The notes beneath the pieces are model-generated. The model was given only the letters and a program-made list of their open reading frames with translations, made no database searches and was not told the DNA's origin. A DNA stretch of 40,221 bases, taken from a virus. Lineage: Duplodnaviria; Caudoviricetes. How positions within the stretch are numbered: position 1 is the stretch's first letter; every line of letters begins with the position of its first letter. The translations under genes were made by a program, and so were the position numbers. Positions 26,312 to 36,336 of the stretch are shown in pieces. The stretch covers positions 1 to 40,221 of the IMG/VR virus record IMGVR_UViG_3300037311_000474, one strand, 5' to 3'.

Positions 26312-27388
26312 ATGCGCACCGCAGCCCATTCCAAGCCCGCCGATCAAAGCGCCCAACCGGCAGAAGCGTCGCTGCTGCTTACGGCGCCGCTGGAGCTCAA
26401 GGCGGCGGATGGCGGGCAGCTACCCACGCGCTTTGCCGGTGCCGCCTACACCGGTGGCATGGTCCCTGGCTACGGCGTCGTCATCGACATGGCGACGACG
26501 ACCTACAAGGACAAGCTCCCGCTGCTGGCCGAGCACTGGCGTTCTGACGTCGTCGGTGTCATCGAGCAGGCCGAGACGCGCGACTGGACGATGCTGGTCG
26601 CCGGCAAGCTGTTCAGCGACATGGAGGGCAGCCAAGCCGAGAAGATCGGTCAGCTCGCCTCGCGTGGCGTTCCGTTCGAGATGTCCGTCGGCCTGTATCA
26701 CTTCACGCGTGAGTTCGTGCCGGCCGGCAAGAGCGTGCAGGTCAACGGCCAGACCTTCCAGGGCCCCGTCGATGTGCTGCGCAACGGCGTAGTGCGCGAG
26801 GTCTCGATCGTCGTGCTCGGCGCGGATGCCGCCACGAACGCCAGCTTCTTCTCGGCCTCGCGGCCGCAATCCCCGCAACTGCACCCCGGAGCCCCGCTCA
26901 TGGACCTCGCCCAACTCCAGGCCCGCGTGGCCGAACTCGAAGCCGCTGCAGCCACGCACGCCGCGGCGCTTTCCGCCGCCCGCGCCGAAAGCGCAGCCGC
27001 CGAGCTGGCCCGCATCCGGGCTGTTCACGAGCAGGCGATGCCCGGCCACGAGAAGCTGCTGCTGCAGCTGATGTTCGACGGCAAGACCTCGGGTGCCGAG
27101 GCCGCCGTGCAGGTGCTGGCCGCCGAGCGGGCGCAGCTCGCCGCCAAGGGCCAGGCGCTGCAGCTCGACGCGCCGCGGCCGGTGACGCCGGCTGCCGCCC
27201 CGGCGGTGCCCGCCCAGCAGCAGCAGGCCACGGACGATTCGCTGCCGCTCGCGGAGCGCGCCAAGCGGCAGTGGGATGCAGACGCCAACGTGCGGCGCGA
27301 GTTTGCGACGCTGGACGACTACACCGCCTTCCTGAAGGCCGACGCGCAAGGGCGCGTCCGCCGCATGGTTGGCAAGGCCTCGGCCTGA
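26312..27388 (+). CDS. Prohead protease / scaffold
   Basis: LPLLAEH, FEMSVG, VREVSIVVLGAD, then an Ala-rich coiled scaffold. Confidence 0.85.
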   Translation: MRTAAHSKPADQSAQPAEASLLLTAPLELKAADGGQLPTRFAGAAYTGGMVPGYGVVIDMATTTYKDKLPLLAEHWRSDVVGVIEQAETRDWTMLVAGKLFSDMEGSQAEKIGQLASRGVPFEMSVGLYHFTREFVPAGKSVQVNGQTFQGPVDVLRNGVVREVSIVVLGADAATNASFFSASRPQSPQLHPGAPLMDLAQLQARVAELEAAAATHAAALSAARAESAAAELARIRAVHEQAMPGHEKLLLQLMFDGKTSGAEAAVQVLAAERAQLAAKGQALQLDAPRPVTPAAAPAVPAQQQQATDDSLPLAERAKRQWDADANVRREFATLDDYTAFLKADAQGRVRRMVGKASA

Positions 27389-27425
27389 TTCCGGCCTTCA
27401 CCCACCTCACACGGGACACCACGCC

Positions 27426-28196
27426 ATGCCCACCCTCGCCGCCAACAAGCCGCGTACCTACGAAATCGGCATCCGCAACGAAGTGCCGGTCATCGCCAGC
27501 GACATCATATTCGAGGGCGCCGCGGTCGGCGTCGTCGGCAGCAGCGGCCACGCGCGGCCTCTGGCGGCTGGCGACACCTTTGTCGGTTTCGCGGAGCGCC
27601 GCGCCGACAACGCCGCGGGCGCTGCCGCGGCGATCACCGTCGAGCTCATCGCCGCGGGCGAGGTGGTGTTGCCCGTCGCCGGCGTGGCCATCACCGATCT
27701 GCGTCAGCCGGTGTACGCCTCCGACGACGACACCTTCACCCTGTCGCCCGTGGGTACCGTGTTCGTCGGCTTCGTGAAGCGCTGGCTGAGCAGCGGTGTC
27801 GCCGTGGTCGCGTTCGACACCTTCAACCAGCGCGATCCGTATCAGCAGTGGACGGTGCGCGAGGTCATCAGCGCCAACAAGACGCTGGACGCCGAGGACA
27901 CCGGCAAGTTCTTCTGGGTCGACACCGATGCCGTGATCATCACCCTGCCGGCGATCGCCGACGGCCTGGGCGGCTGCGTGATCGTCAACGGCGGCGCGTT
28001 CGGCGCGGTGGCGGTGACGGTCAGCCCGAACGCGGCCGACCGCATCCACGGCCCGGACATCACGGCCGCCGACGACAAGGACCTCATCAACACCAAGGCC
28101 ACGGCGCGCCGCGGCGACCTGGTGCAGCTGGACCTCGGCGATGCCGACGGCTACGTCGTCACCGCGCTGCGCGGTGTCTGGGCCCGCCAGGCCTGA
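27426..28196 (+). CDS. Head decoration/cement protein (DUF2190-like)
   Basis: Located between protease and MCP; VYASDDDTFTL. Confidence 0.75.
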   Translation: MPTLAANKPRTYEIGIRNEVPVIASDIIFEGAAVGVVGSSGHARPLAAGDTFVGFAERRADNAAGAAAAITVELIAAGEVVLPVAGVAITDLRQPVYASDDDTFTLSPVGTVFVGFVKRWLSSGVAVVAFDTFNQRDPYQQWTVREVISANKTLDAEDTGKFFWVDTDAVIITLPAIADGLGGCVIVNGGAFGAVAVTVSPNAADRIHGPDITAADDKDLINTKATARRGDLVQLDLGDADGYVVTALRGVWARQA

Positions 28197-28259
28197 CCTG
28201 GCGCAGGCACACGCGACACCGGATCGAACACCGAACCTCCTTCGAAGGACGACATCACC

Positions 28260-29225
28260 ATGGACCAAAGCATCCTGTCGAGCCGCGCCATCATGGGCAT
28301 GTACTTCGCGCGGCTGGAAGCCAGCGCGGGCGCCGCCTGGGTCAACGCGGTCTCCAACCTGTTCACCAGCGACCAGGCCAGCGAGACCTACGCGTTCCTG
28401 GGCCAGAGCCCGGCCATGCGCGAGTGGATCGGCGGCCGGCAGGCGAAGGGCCTGTCCAGCAACAGCATCATCCTGCCGAACCGCCACTTCGAGGCCACGC
28501 TCGAGATCGCGGTGCGTGACGCGCGGCGTGACAAGACCCCGCAGATCCGGGCGCGTGTCGAGGAGCTGGCCGACCGCACGGTCAGCCACTGGGGCAGCCT
28601 GCTGAGCCAGCTGCTCCTCGCCGGCGAGACGACGGCCTGCTACGACGGCCAGTTCTTCTTCGACACCGACCACCAGGAAGGTGACTCGCCGGTTCAGAGC
28701 AACGACATCCAGTTCGACATCTCGGACGCGCCCACCATCGCCGCCAGTGGCGCCAAGGGCACGCCGACGAACCCCGGCGTCGAGATCCTGCAAGGCGGCA
28801 TCCTGCGCGGCATCACCCAGATCATGGGTTTGGTCGACGACCGCGGCGAGCCGATGAACGAGGAGGCCACCGACTTCCTCGTGATGGTGCCGACCAGCAT
28901 GCACCTGGCCGCGATGGCTGCGATGAACCCGCAGGCCACCATGGCCATGCAGCAGAACCTGAACGCCAACCTCAACCCGGGCATGCGCATCAGCGTGGTC
29001 AGCAATCCGCGGCTGAGCTGGACGGACCGCTTCGCGGTGTTCCGCGCCGATTCGCCGATCAAGGCGCTCATCCGCCAGAGCGAGCAGGACGTCGAGCTCA
29101 AGGCCAAAGCCGAGGGCAGCGAGTTTGAGTTCGACAACGACGCATGGCAGTTCGGCGTCGACAGCTGGCGCAACGTGACCTACGGCTACTGGCAGCGTGC
29201 CTGCCTGGTGACGCTGGTCGCCTGA
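28260..29225 (+). CDS. Major capsid protein, Mu gpT-like
   Basis: ETYAFLGQSPAMREWIGGR, CYDGQFFFDTDH, YGYWQ. Confidence 0.92.
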   Translation: MDQSILSSRAIMGMYFARLEASAGAAWVNAVSNLFTSDQASETYAFLGQSPAMREWIGGRQAKGLSSNSIILPNRHFEATLEIAVRDARRDKTPQIRARVEELADRTVSHWGSLLSQLLLAGETTACYDGQFFFDTDHQEGDSPVQSNDIQFDISDAPTIAASGAKGTPTNPGVEILQGGILRGITQIMGLVDDRGEPMNEEATDFLVMVPTSMHLAAMAAMNPQATMAMQQNLNANLNPGMRISVVSNPRLSWTDRFAVFRADSPIKALIRQSEQDVELKAKAEGSEFEFDNDAWQFGVDSWRNVTYGYWQRACLVTLVA

Positions 29226-29253
29226 CGCCGGCGCCGACACCGGCTCCCAACCG

Positions 29254-29278
29254 CAGCCGGCCTCGCGCCGGCTGTTTT
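29254..29278 (+). terminator. Rho-independent terminator
   Basis: CAGCCGGC-CTCGC-GCCGGCTG-TTTT after the MCP gene. Confidence 0.7.
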
Positions 29279-29306
29279 GCAGACAGACCCCTCTACGCAG
29301 CGCATC

Positions 29307-29594
29307 GTGTCTTTCGTTGAACCCGTCGGCCTGTACTTCGCGGACCTCGGCGTCGACGTGACGATCGACGGCGCATCGGCTCGCGGCATCTTCGACGACG
29401 ATTACGTCGGCGCCGGCGGTGGCGCGTTCGACGGCGTGGCCAGCAGCGGCCCGCGGCTTCTGATCGCGGCCAGCGCGGCGCCGAGTGTCCAGCAGGGCAC
29501 CAGCGTCGTGATCGGCGCCAGAACGTACCGCGTGCGCGTGCCGCAGCCGGACGGCACGGGCATGGTCAACCTGCCCCTGGAGCGCATGTCGTGA
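29307..29594 (+). CDS. Head-tail adaptor (gpFII-like)
   Basis: RGIFDDDY...YRVRVPQPDGTGMVNL. Confidence 0.75.
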   Translation: MSFVEPVGLYFADLGVDVTIDGASARGIFDDDYVGAGGGAFDGVASSGPRLLIAASAAPSVQQGTSVVIGARTYRVRVPQPDGTGMVNLPLERMS

Positions 29595-30031
29595 CCCACC
29601 ACCGCCAGACCATCCGCGCGGCGGTCGTCGCAGCACTGGCCGCTGGCGGCACCGCGGCTGCCACGCGCGTGTTCGACACGCCGTGGAACGCGCGCGTCGA
29701 GCTGCCTGCGCTGGTGGTCGAAGACGAGGGCGAGCAGCAGCGCAGCGTGGCCGTCTACTCCAGCACGAAGCGGCCCATCGAGCGCACGCTGCTGCTGCTG
29801 GTCACCGTCGAGGTGCGGCAGAGCGACACCTACGCGGCCGCGCGCGACGAGCTGGTGGCCGACGTGGAGCGCATCGTCGCCACGGCCGCGCTGCCCGGCG
29901 TCAAGGCGGTGTCGCCGGCCGGGTACGAGCCCGACCTGGCCATGGACGGCGACAAGCCCATCGCGATCGGACGGCAGCGCTTCGCCGTCACCTACTTCAC
30001 GCCGCAGGACGACCCGTCCACGGCGCTCTGA
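29591..30031 (+). CDS. Tail terminator (gpU-like)
   Basis: HHRQTIRAAVVAAL start and gene position. Confidence 0.7.
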   Translation: MTHHRQTIRAAVVAALAAGGTAAATRVFDTPWNARVELPALVVEDEGEQQRSVAVYSSTKRPIERTLLLLVTVEVRQSDTYAAARDELVADVERIVATAALPGVKAVSPAGYEPDLAMDGDKPIAIGRQRFAVTYFTPQDDPSTAL

Positions 30032-30053
30032 CCTTACCCCCGGAGACCGCAGC

Positions 30054-31247
30054 ATGGCCATCCAATCCGACATCGGCGTCCTGATCGCCTACCGCCGCGA
30101 AACCACCGCGGGCACGCTGGCGACGAACGACAGCACGGCGAAGGTCATCCCCTACGTCTCGCACTCGCTCAACCTCAGCAAGACGGGCATCGCCAGCCAG
30201 GAGAAGCGCGGGAGCTACCAGCGCTCCACCATGCGCCACGGCAACCGCGCCGTGGGCGGCGATCTGTCGCTGCAGCTGCAGTGCGGCACCTACCGGGAGC
30301 TGATGGAAAGCGCCGTGCGGCGCGACTTCACCACCGTCACCAACATCGCGCTGAGCAACGTCACCGCCAGCGCCAGCGCGCCGCACTTCGTGCGCGCCGC
30401 CGGCAGCTGGATCACCGATGGCCTGTGCGTCGGCATGACCATCCGCTTCGCCGGCTGGACGACCGGCGGCGTGGCCAACAACGCGCGCAACTACACCATC
30501 ACCGCGCTCACGGCCACCGGCATCACGGTGGCCGAGCCGGTGGCCGCCAAGGCCTCCGGCGACTCGCTCACCATCAGCGTGCCGGGCCGTGTCACGTTCA
30601 TGCCCGTCACGGGCCACACGCAGACCTCGTACACCGTCGAGGAGTGGAACCCCGACGTGCCGCGGTCCAACCGCTTCCTGGGCCTGCGCGTCAACACCAT
30701 GGGCGTGGAGCTGCCGCCGAACGACCGCGCCACGCTCACTTTCGGCTTCATGGGGCGCGACCGGGCCAAGAACACCTCGCAGCACTTCACCTCGGCCACG
30801 ACGCCGGCGCTGAGCGTGATGCAGGTGGGCCACACCGGCGTGCTGCTGGTCAACGGCGTTCCCACCGGCACGGTCACCGGCCTGAGCATGACGGTGACGA
30901 ACAACATGCAGGTCGGCGCGGCGGTCGGCAGCTCGATCACGCCGGACGTGTTCCACGGCGCGATGGAGGTCACGGGCCAGCTGCAGGCGTACTTTGACAG
31001 CACGGCGCTCGACGACATCTTCGACGACGAGACGGAGATCAGCCTGATCTTCCGCGCCACCGACGACACCGCCATCGGCGGCAACTTCCTGTGCTGCTGC
31101 CTGCCGCGCATCAAGCTGGCCGGCGGCAGCTTCAGCACGCAGAACGAGAGCCGGATCCAGTCGTTCGACTTCACCGCGCTCGAGCATCCCGGCACCAACG
31201 GCAACCGGGCCACGACGCTGCACATCCAGGACAGCACGCTGGCCTGA
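30054..31247 (+). CDS. Major tail tube protein
   Basis: 397 aa, Thr-rich, YRRETTAGT, SYTVEE, LPRIK. Confidence 0.85.
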   Translation: MAIQSDIGVLIAYRRETTAGTLATNDSTAKVIPYVSHSLNLSKTGIASQEKRGSYQRSTMRHGNRAVGGDLSLQLQCGTYRELMESAVRRDFTTVTNIALSNVTASASAPHFVRAAGSWITDGLCVGMTIRFAGWTTGGVANNARNYTITALTATGITVAEPVAAKASGDSLTISVPGRVTFMPVTGHTQTSYTVEEWNPDVPRSNRFLGLRVNTMGVELPPNDRATLTFGFMGRDRAKNTSQHFTSATTPALSVMQVGHTGVLLVNGVPTGTVTGLSMTVTNNMQVGAAVGSSITPDVFHGAMEVTGQLQAYFDSTALDDIFDDETEISLIFRATDDTAIGGNFLCCCLPRIKLAGGSFSTQNESRIQSFDFTALEHPGTNGNRATTLHIQDSTLA

Positions 31248-31261
31248 CCGGAGATCGCCCC

Positions 31262-31723
31262 ATGTTCGACATCTCCGCCCACCCCGCCGTCTCCGTCGCC
31301 AGCGAGCAAGGCCACACCTTCGAGCCGGTGTTCCCGGATGGCAAGCCGCTGGGTGCCACCATCACCGTCCGCGGGCCCGAGTCCGACGCAGTGCGCCGCA
31401 CGCTGCGCGCCATCATGGCGCGCCAGCAGCAGCGTGAAACCGCAGCCCGCAAGACTGGGCGCGACGCCGTGCAGCCGCCGAGCATGGACGAGCTGGAGGT
31501 CGAGACACTCGACCTGGCCGTTGCGCACACCTTGAGCTGGGATGGCTTCACCGACGCCGGCCAGGTGCTGGAGCCGACCGACGCCAACCTGCGCCGCCTC
31601 TACACCCAGCACAAGTGGCTGCGCGGGCAGGTGCTTTCCGAGGGCCAGACCCTGGGAAACTTCGTCAGGAGCAGCTCGCCGAGCTGCTCGCGCACGCCCG
31701 AGCCGAGTTCCGGCTCGACCTGA
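31262..31723 (+). CDS. Tail assembly chaperone (gpG-like)
   Basis: ITVRGPES motif; located before the tape measure gene; carries a slippery site. Confidence 0.8.
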   Translation: MFDISAHPAVSVASEQGHTFEPVFPDGKPLGATITVRGPESDAVRRTLRAIMARQQQRETAARKTGRDAVQPPSMDELEVETLDLAVAHTLSWDGFTDAGQVLEPTDANLRRLYTQHKWLRGQVLSEGQTLGNFVRSSSPSCSRTPEPSSGST

Positions 31724-32076
31724 CGCGCGAGGGCAAGTGCTCGCTGCGCGCGCACCTGCAGCACGTGCAGGCCACCACCGGGGTGCGCCCGCGCGAGCTG
31801 GACACGCCGGCGCCGCCGCAGTCGCTGCTGTACCTGGTGGCCGCGTTTCAGGACGTGGCGCGCGGCCGGCAGCCGGGGTTCGCCGGCCCGGGGGCCATCA
31901 CCTGGGGCGAGATCCAGGCCTGGTGCTTGCTGAACCAGACGCCGCTGGAGCCGTGGGAAGTGCGCGTCGTGCGCGATCTGGACTGTGCCTGGCTCGATGC
32001 CTGGGCCGATGCCAACCCCACCAAGCAGCACCAGCCGCCGGCGCCCAGCGGCCATCCACGCCCGCCGCGGCTTTGA
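31654..32076 (+). CDS. gpT-like -1 frameshift extension of the chaperone
   Basis: G GGA AAC at 31654-31660 shifts into the -1 frame ORF (ITWGEIQAW...LEPWEV). Confidence 0.8.
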   Translation, partial: GKLRQEQLAELLAHARAEFRLDLTREGKCSLRAHLQHVQATTGVRPRELDTPAPPQSLLYLVAAFQDVARGRQPGFAGPGAITWGEIQAWCLLNQTPLEPWEVRVVRDLDCAWLDAWADANPTKQHQPPAPSGHPRPPRL

Positions 32077-32089
32077 ACGGAGCGCACCG

Positions 32090-35000
32090 ATGACCTTCAA
32101 CGTCGAGACCAAGTTCACCGCCAGCGGCGTCGAGCAGGCCAAGCGCCAGGTCGACGAATACGGCCGCTCGCTGCGCAGCGTGGAGATGTCGGCCGAGGAA
32201 ATGAGCGCTGCGCTGTCGCGCGCGTTCGCCAACGTGGGCATCTTCGGCGGCGGTGTGCTGCTGGGCGTGCCCGCGCTCTCGAACATGATCGCGCAGGCCA
32301 TCGGTGCGGCCGACGCGGTGACGACGCTGCGCAACCGCCTCGAGCTGGCCACCGGCAGCACCACGCAGGCGGTGCGGGCCTACGAGGATCTGTACCTCGC
32401 CGCGCAGCGCTCGCGCACCAGCTTCACCGAGCTGGGCAGCGTCTACAGCACCATGGCGCGTGCCGGCTACGGCAACATGACCGTGGTGCAGGCCATCGGC
32501 AATGCCATGGCCGTGAGCGGCGGCAGCGCCGAAGGCATGCGCGCGGCGCTGGTGCAGCTGGGCCAGGGCATGTCTGCCGGCGTGCTGCGCGGCGAGGAGC
32601 TCAACAGCGTCATGGAGCAGGCGCCGCGGCTGGCGCAGGCCCTGGCGGACGGCATGGGCGTGCCGATTGGGTCGCTGCGCCGGCTGGGCGAGGAGGGCGA
32701 GCTCACGGCCAAGCGGGTGATGGATGCGCTGGCAGCCTCCGCGCCGCGCCTGGCCGAGGAAGTGGCCAAGTCCACGCCCACGGTGTCCCAGGCCTTCACG
32801 GTGCTGGGCAACGCCACCACCCGATTCATCGGCGACGCCGACAAGGCCACCGGCTTCACGCGCGGCCTGTCGCTGGCCATCACCGGGCTGGCGGATGGCA
32901 TCGACGTGCTGGGCGACATCATTCGCCGCAACGAGACGGCGTTCAGCATCTTCGCCACCGGCGCGCTGAGCGTGGCTGCGGCGGGCGGGATCATGCTGGT
33001 GAGCAAGTCGGTCGCGGTGCTCACGGGCACCGTCACGGCGCTCGGCGTCGCCTTGGCGGCCAATCCGGCCGTGCTGGCGCTGCTGGGCATCGGCGCAGTC
33101 GTCGGCGGGGGTGTTGCTGCGTTGCGCGCAAGATCGCGAACCGAGACTGGCATTGCTGAGGCCATCCGCGCGTTGGAACTCCAGAACGAGGGCTCCGTGC
33201 AGGCGCTTGCGCGAGCGGAGGCTGGTGGGCGCAGCGCTGGTGCTGCCCAAATCCGCGCGACGATGGAGAGTCGGCGCGAGCAGATTCGAATGCTTCAAGC
33301 CGAGCTTGGCGCGTTGACCGCGCGAGCGGGACAAGCCGATGTGCGGCGCGTCGACAACGGCATCGACGCCGTTGCCATGCAATCCCAAGAGCAGGCGGCG
33401 CTGCGCCTGCTGGAGATTCGACGACAGCTGTCTGGTGAGGACAAGCGCTACGGCAAGGCCGTGCAGGAGCTTGCGCAACTGCATCAGCAGGGCGTGTTGA
33501 GCTACACGGAGTACGTCGAGCTGACGCGCCAAGCATGGACTGCCAGCAAGGGCGGCGCCGAGGCGAAGCTCGCTGAGGTTGCTGCGGCCAAGCGGCAACG
33601 CGAGCAGGTCGAGGCCGAGGCCCAGCAGCTCAAGGACATCATGGGCTTGCGCGAGTACGAGGCGAAGATGAGCCTGCTGGCGCTCAGGCGCGAGCAGGAT
33701 CAGATTGAGGCTGCCGACCGAGCGCTGATGAAGGCCGCTGAGCAGGTGGGGGCGATTCAGTTCGACACCCAGTTGCTCAAGCTGAACAACGAAGAACGCG
33801 AGGTCGCGATCGCGCTGCGGCAGCTTGAGGCCAACGGCATCGCGAAGGGCACGTCCGCGTACGAGGAGTACGCAAAGCAAATCCGGCAGGCTGTCGTGGA
33901 TCGCGAGAGGGTGCGCGAGAGCGTCGAGGGCATGCGCAGCTTGGGTGAAGCCTGGAAGCGCATCAGCGACGAATTCGGGCAAAGCCTCAGTGACTCCCTG
34001 ATGCGGGCCTTCGAAAGCGGCAAGGGCTACGGCGACACGTTCCTGAGTTCGCTTCGAAACAGCTTGAAAACGCTGATAACCCGAGCGATCTTGCAGGGGC
34101 CGATGGAGCAGATTCGAGCGTACTGGACTCAGGCTGCGGGCTGGCTCGGTGGAATGCTCGGGCAGCAGTCCGGAGCGGCGGCGCAGGCGCGGCTGATCGA
34201 TGGTGCACCAAAGAGCGGGGTCAACACGCAAGACGCTGCCGGCGCGGCCGCGGCCAGCAGTTACTGGGGGTGGATCGCGGTGGCGCTGTCGAAGGCCAGC
34301 CAGGACTACGACGACGGCTGGCGCAGCAACGCGCTCGATCAAGGCTGGCTGCGGGAGTTCAAGAAGCAGGGCGACTTCCTGCTCTTCCCCGGCGCGAGGG
34401 ACCTCAACCGCCGCGGCATCCTGAGCGACAAGCACTTCGATCTGCTCACCAACGCCACCGGCTTTGCCCGCGTGTTCGGCCGCAAGCCGGCCGAGGCGCG
34501 CGACAGCGGCATCACCGGCAGCTTCAGCGGTGGCGGCTTCTCGGGCAGCTCGTTCGTGGACTGGTTCGCCAAGGGCGGCTTCCTGCGGCGCGACAAGAGC
34601 GGCACCAACTACGGCGCGCTCGACGAAGGCATTGCCGCCGTCATGGCCGCCGGCGCCCGGGCCATGCTGGAGCAGACGCTGCAGCAGGCCACCACGCTGG
34701 GGCTTGGCACCGCCGGGCTCAGCGGCGTGAGCAGCAGCACGCGCATCGTGCTCGGCGCGGACGAACAGGCCAACCAGGACGCCGTATCGAAGGCCGTGGC
34801 CGCGTACGGCGATCAGCTCGCACAGAGTCTGGAGCCTCAGCTTGGCGCGTTCCGCCGCGCCGGCGAATCGGTGAGCCAGACGCTCAGCCGCCTGAGCGGC
34901 CTGCAGATCTTCAGCAACAACCTCAACCAGCTCGGCGGCGTGTTCTCGCGCCTGGCCGGCATGAGCGTCGAGGTGCGCGAAGGCTTCATCGCCATGGCCG

Positions 35001-35488
35001 GCGGCATGGAATCCCTGCAATCGCAAGCCATGGGGTTCGTGCAGGAGTACTACACCCGCGACGAGATCGCGGGCCTCAAGGCGCGGGAGCTGCAAAGCGT
35101 GCTGGCCGGCGCCGGCATCACCGGCGACGTGAACACGCGCGAGCAGTTCCGCGCGCTGGTGGACGGCGCCGACGTGAGCACCGAGACCGGCCGGCGCCAG
35201 CTCGCCGCGCTGCTGGGCATCTCGGGCGACGCCACGCAGGTGTTCGACTTCCTGCAGGAGACCGGCGGCACCCTGTCAGGCACGGCCGCGCAGGCGCCTG
35301 CGGTCACCGCGCTGGGCACACTGTTCGGCGCGGCCAACGGCCAGGCGCAGGTCGATGCGATCAACGGCGTCACCTCGTCGGTAAACGGCGTGCGCGATGC
35401 CATCGAGGTGCTCACCGACGTGACGCGCGGGCTCTTGCGCGGCGGCCGGGCGCTGATCCCCGGCAACTGGGAGGTCGTGCAGCCATGA
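32090..35488 (+). CDS. Tape measure protein
   Basis: 1132 aa; ALVQLGQGMSAGVLRGEELNSVMEQ tape-measure domain. Confidence 0.95.
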   Translation: MTFNVETKFTASGVEQAKRQVDEYGRSLRSVEMSAEEMSAALSRAFANVGIFGGGVLLGVPALSNMIAQAIGAADAVTTLRNRLELATGSTTQAVRAYEDLYLAAQRSRTSFTELGSVYSTMARAGYGNMTVVQAIGNAMAVSGGSAEGMRAALVQLGQGMSAGVLRGEELNSVMEQAPRLAQALADGMGVPIGSLRRLGEEGELTAKRVMDALAASAPRLAEEVAKSTPTVSQAFTVLGNATTRFIGDADKATGFTRGLSLAITGLADGIDVLGDIIRRNETAFSIFATGALSVAAAGGIMLVSKSVAVLTGTVTALGVALAANPAVLALLGIGAVVGGGVAALRARSRTETGIAEAIRALELQNEGSVQALARAEAGGRSAGAAQIRATMESRREQIRMLQAELGALTARAGQADVRRVDNGIDAVAMQSQEQAALRLLEIRRQLSGEDKRYGKAVQELAQLHQQGVLSYTEYVELTRQAWTASKGGAEAKLAEVAAAKRQREQVEAEAQQLKDIMGLREYEAKMSLLALRREQDQIEAADRALMKAAEQVGAIQFDTQLLKLNNEEREVAIALRQLEANGIAKGTSAYEEYAKQIRQAVVDRERVRESVEGMRSLGEAWKRISDEFGQSLSDSLMRAFESGKGYGDTFLSSLRNSLKTLITRAILQGPMEQIRAYWTQAAGWLGGMLGQQSGAAAQARLIDGAPKSGVNTQDAAGAAAASSYWGWIAVALSKASQDYDDGWRSNALDQGWLREFKKQGDFLLFPGARDLNRRGILSDKHFDLLTNATGFARVFGRKPAEARDSGITGSFSGGGFSGSSFVDWFAKGGFLRRDKSGTNYGALDEGIAAVMAAGARAMLEQTLQQATTLGLGTAGLSGVSSSTRIVLGADEQANQDAVSKAVAAYGDQLAQSLEPQLGAFRRAGESVSQTLSRLSGLQIFSNNLNQLGGVFSRLAGMSVEVREGFIAMAGGMESLQSQAMGFVQEYYTRDEIAGLKARELQSVLAGAGITGDVNTREQFRALVDGADVSTETGRRQLAALLGISGDATQVFDFLQETGGTLSGTAAQAPAVTALGTLFGAANGQAQVDAINGVTSSVNGVRDAIEVLTDVTRGLLRGGRALIPGNWEVVQP

Positions 35489-36012
35489 CGCGCCTCGTCA
35501 ACCTCGTCAGCGAGTGGGCCTGGGAGCTGAACGCCGATGTCCCCCAAAGCGGCATCCTGGTCGAGATCGCCTGGCCGGGGACGCCGCTGCGCTGGTCGAG
35601 CTTCGATAACCGCACGTTTCAGGGCAACGAGTTCGTGCGCACGCCGTTCGAGGTGGAGGATCTGGTTCTGGACGGCCTGCGCGTCGGTGGCACGCTGATC
35701 GTCAACAACGCAGACCTGGCCTTCGGGTCGAGCGTGCTGGCCAACGGGTTGCGCGGCCGGTCGATCAAGATCTGGACGTACCTGCCGCGGTTGTCCGGGG
35801 ACCGCTTCGTCACGCTGTTGACTGACCTGGCCGTCGCCGGCGGCGTCGAGATCGGGCCCGACGTCGTCAGGATCACGCTGCGCAGCCGCGTGGAGTTCCT
35901 GCGTTCGCCTCGCAGCTATGTGGGCCCGCAGGCCGGCTTTAACACGATGCTGCCCGCCGGCACGGTGCTGCGGATCAACGGCCAAAACATCCGGCTGGAT
36001 CGGCGAGGCTGA
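35485..36012 (+). CDS. Minor tail / tail-tip protein
   Basis: ATGA-coupled after the TMP, 175 aa. Confidence 0.65.
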   Translation: MTRLVNLVSEWAWELNADVPQSGILVEIAWPGTPLRWSSFDNRTFQGNEFVRTPFEVEDLVLDGLRVGGTLIVNNADLAFGSSVLANGLRGRSIKIWTYLPRLSGDRFVTLLTDLAVAGGVEIGPDVVRITLRSRVEFLRSPRSYVGPQAGFNTMLPAGTVLRINGQNIRLDRRG

Positions 36013-36014
36013 GC

Positions 36015-36335
36015 GTGGATTACCCGTCCCTGACCATCATGCAGGAGAGCCGCTGGCGCCGGCTTGGCGGCATCAACTCGCAGCGCTCCACCAACGGCAT
36101 GCTGCGCAGTCGCCGCCTGTACTCGAACACCATCACCGAGTACACGCTGGTTCACTGGTTGTCGCCCGCCGAAAAGTCCACGCTGGACTCGCACTACGGC
36201 AGCTCGGCCGACGGCACGTTCAGCTTCACATGGCCCGGCCAGGCCCCTGTGTTCGTGCGCTACCTCGAGGCGCCGCAGTACGAGGAGCGAAACGGCTGGT
36301 GGATCGCCACCGTCCAGCTCGCGCAGGTGTCCTGA
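36015..36335 (+). CDS. Distal tail protein (gpM-like)
   Basis: 106 aa, FSFTWPG motif. Confidence 0.65.
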   Translation: MDYPSLTIMQESRWRRLGGINSQRSTNGMLRSRRLYSNTITEYTLVHWLSPAEKSTLDSHYGSSADGTFSFTWPGQAPVFVRYLEAPQYEERNGWWIATVQLAQVS

Positions 36336-36336
36336 C

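Noticed and set aside
10069-35095. Very long minus-strand ORFs (10069-12426, 12815-15091, 15514-17952, 26898-29636, 31898-35095)
   Set aside because: They are antisense shadows of clear phage genes in high-GC DNA, with low-complexity Arg/Ala/Gly translations.
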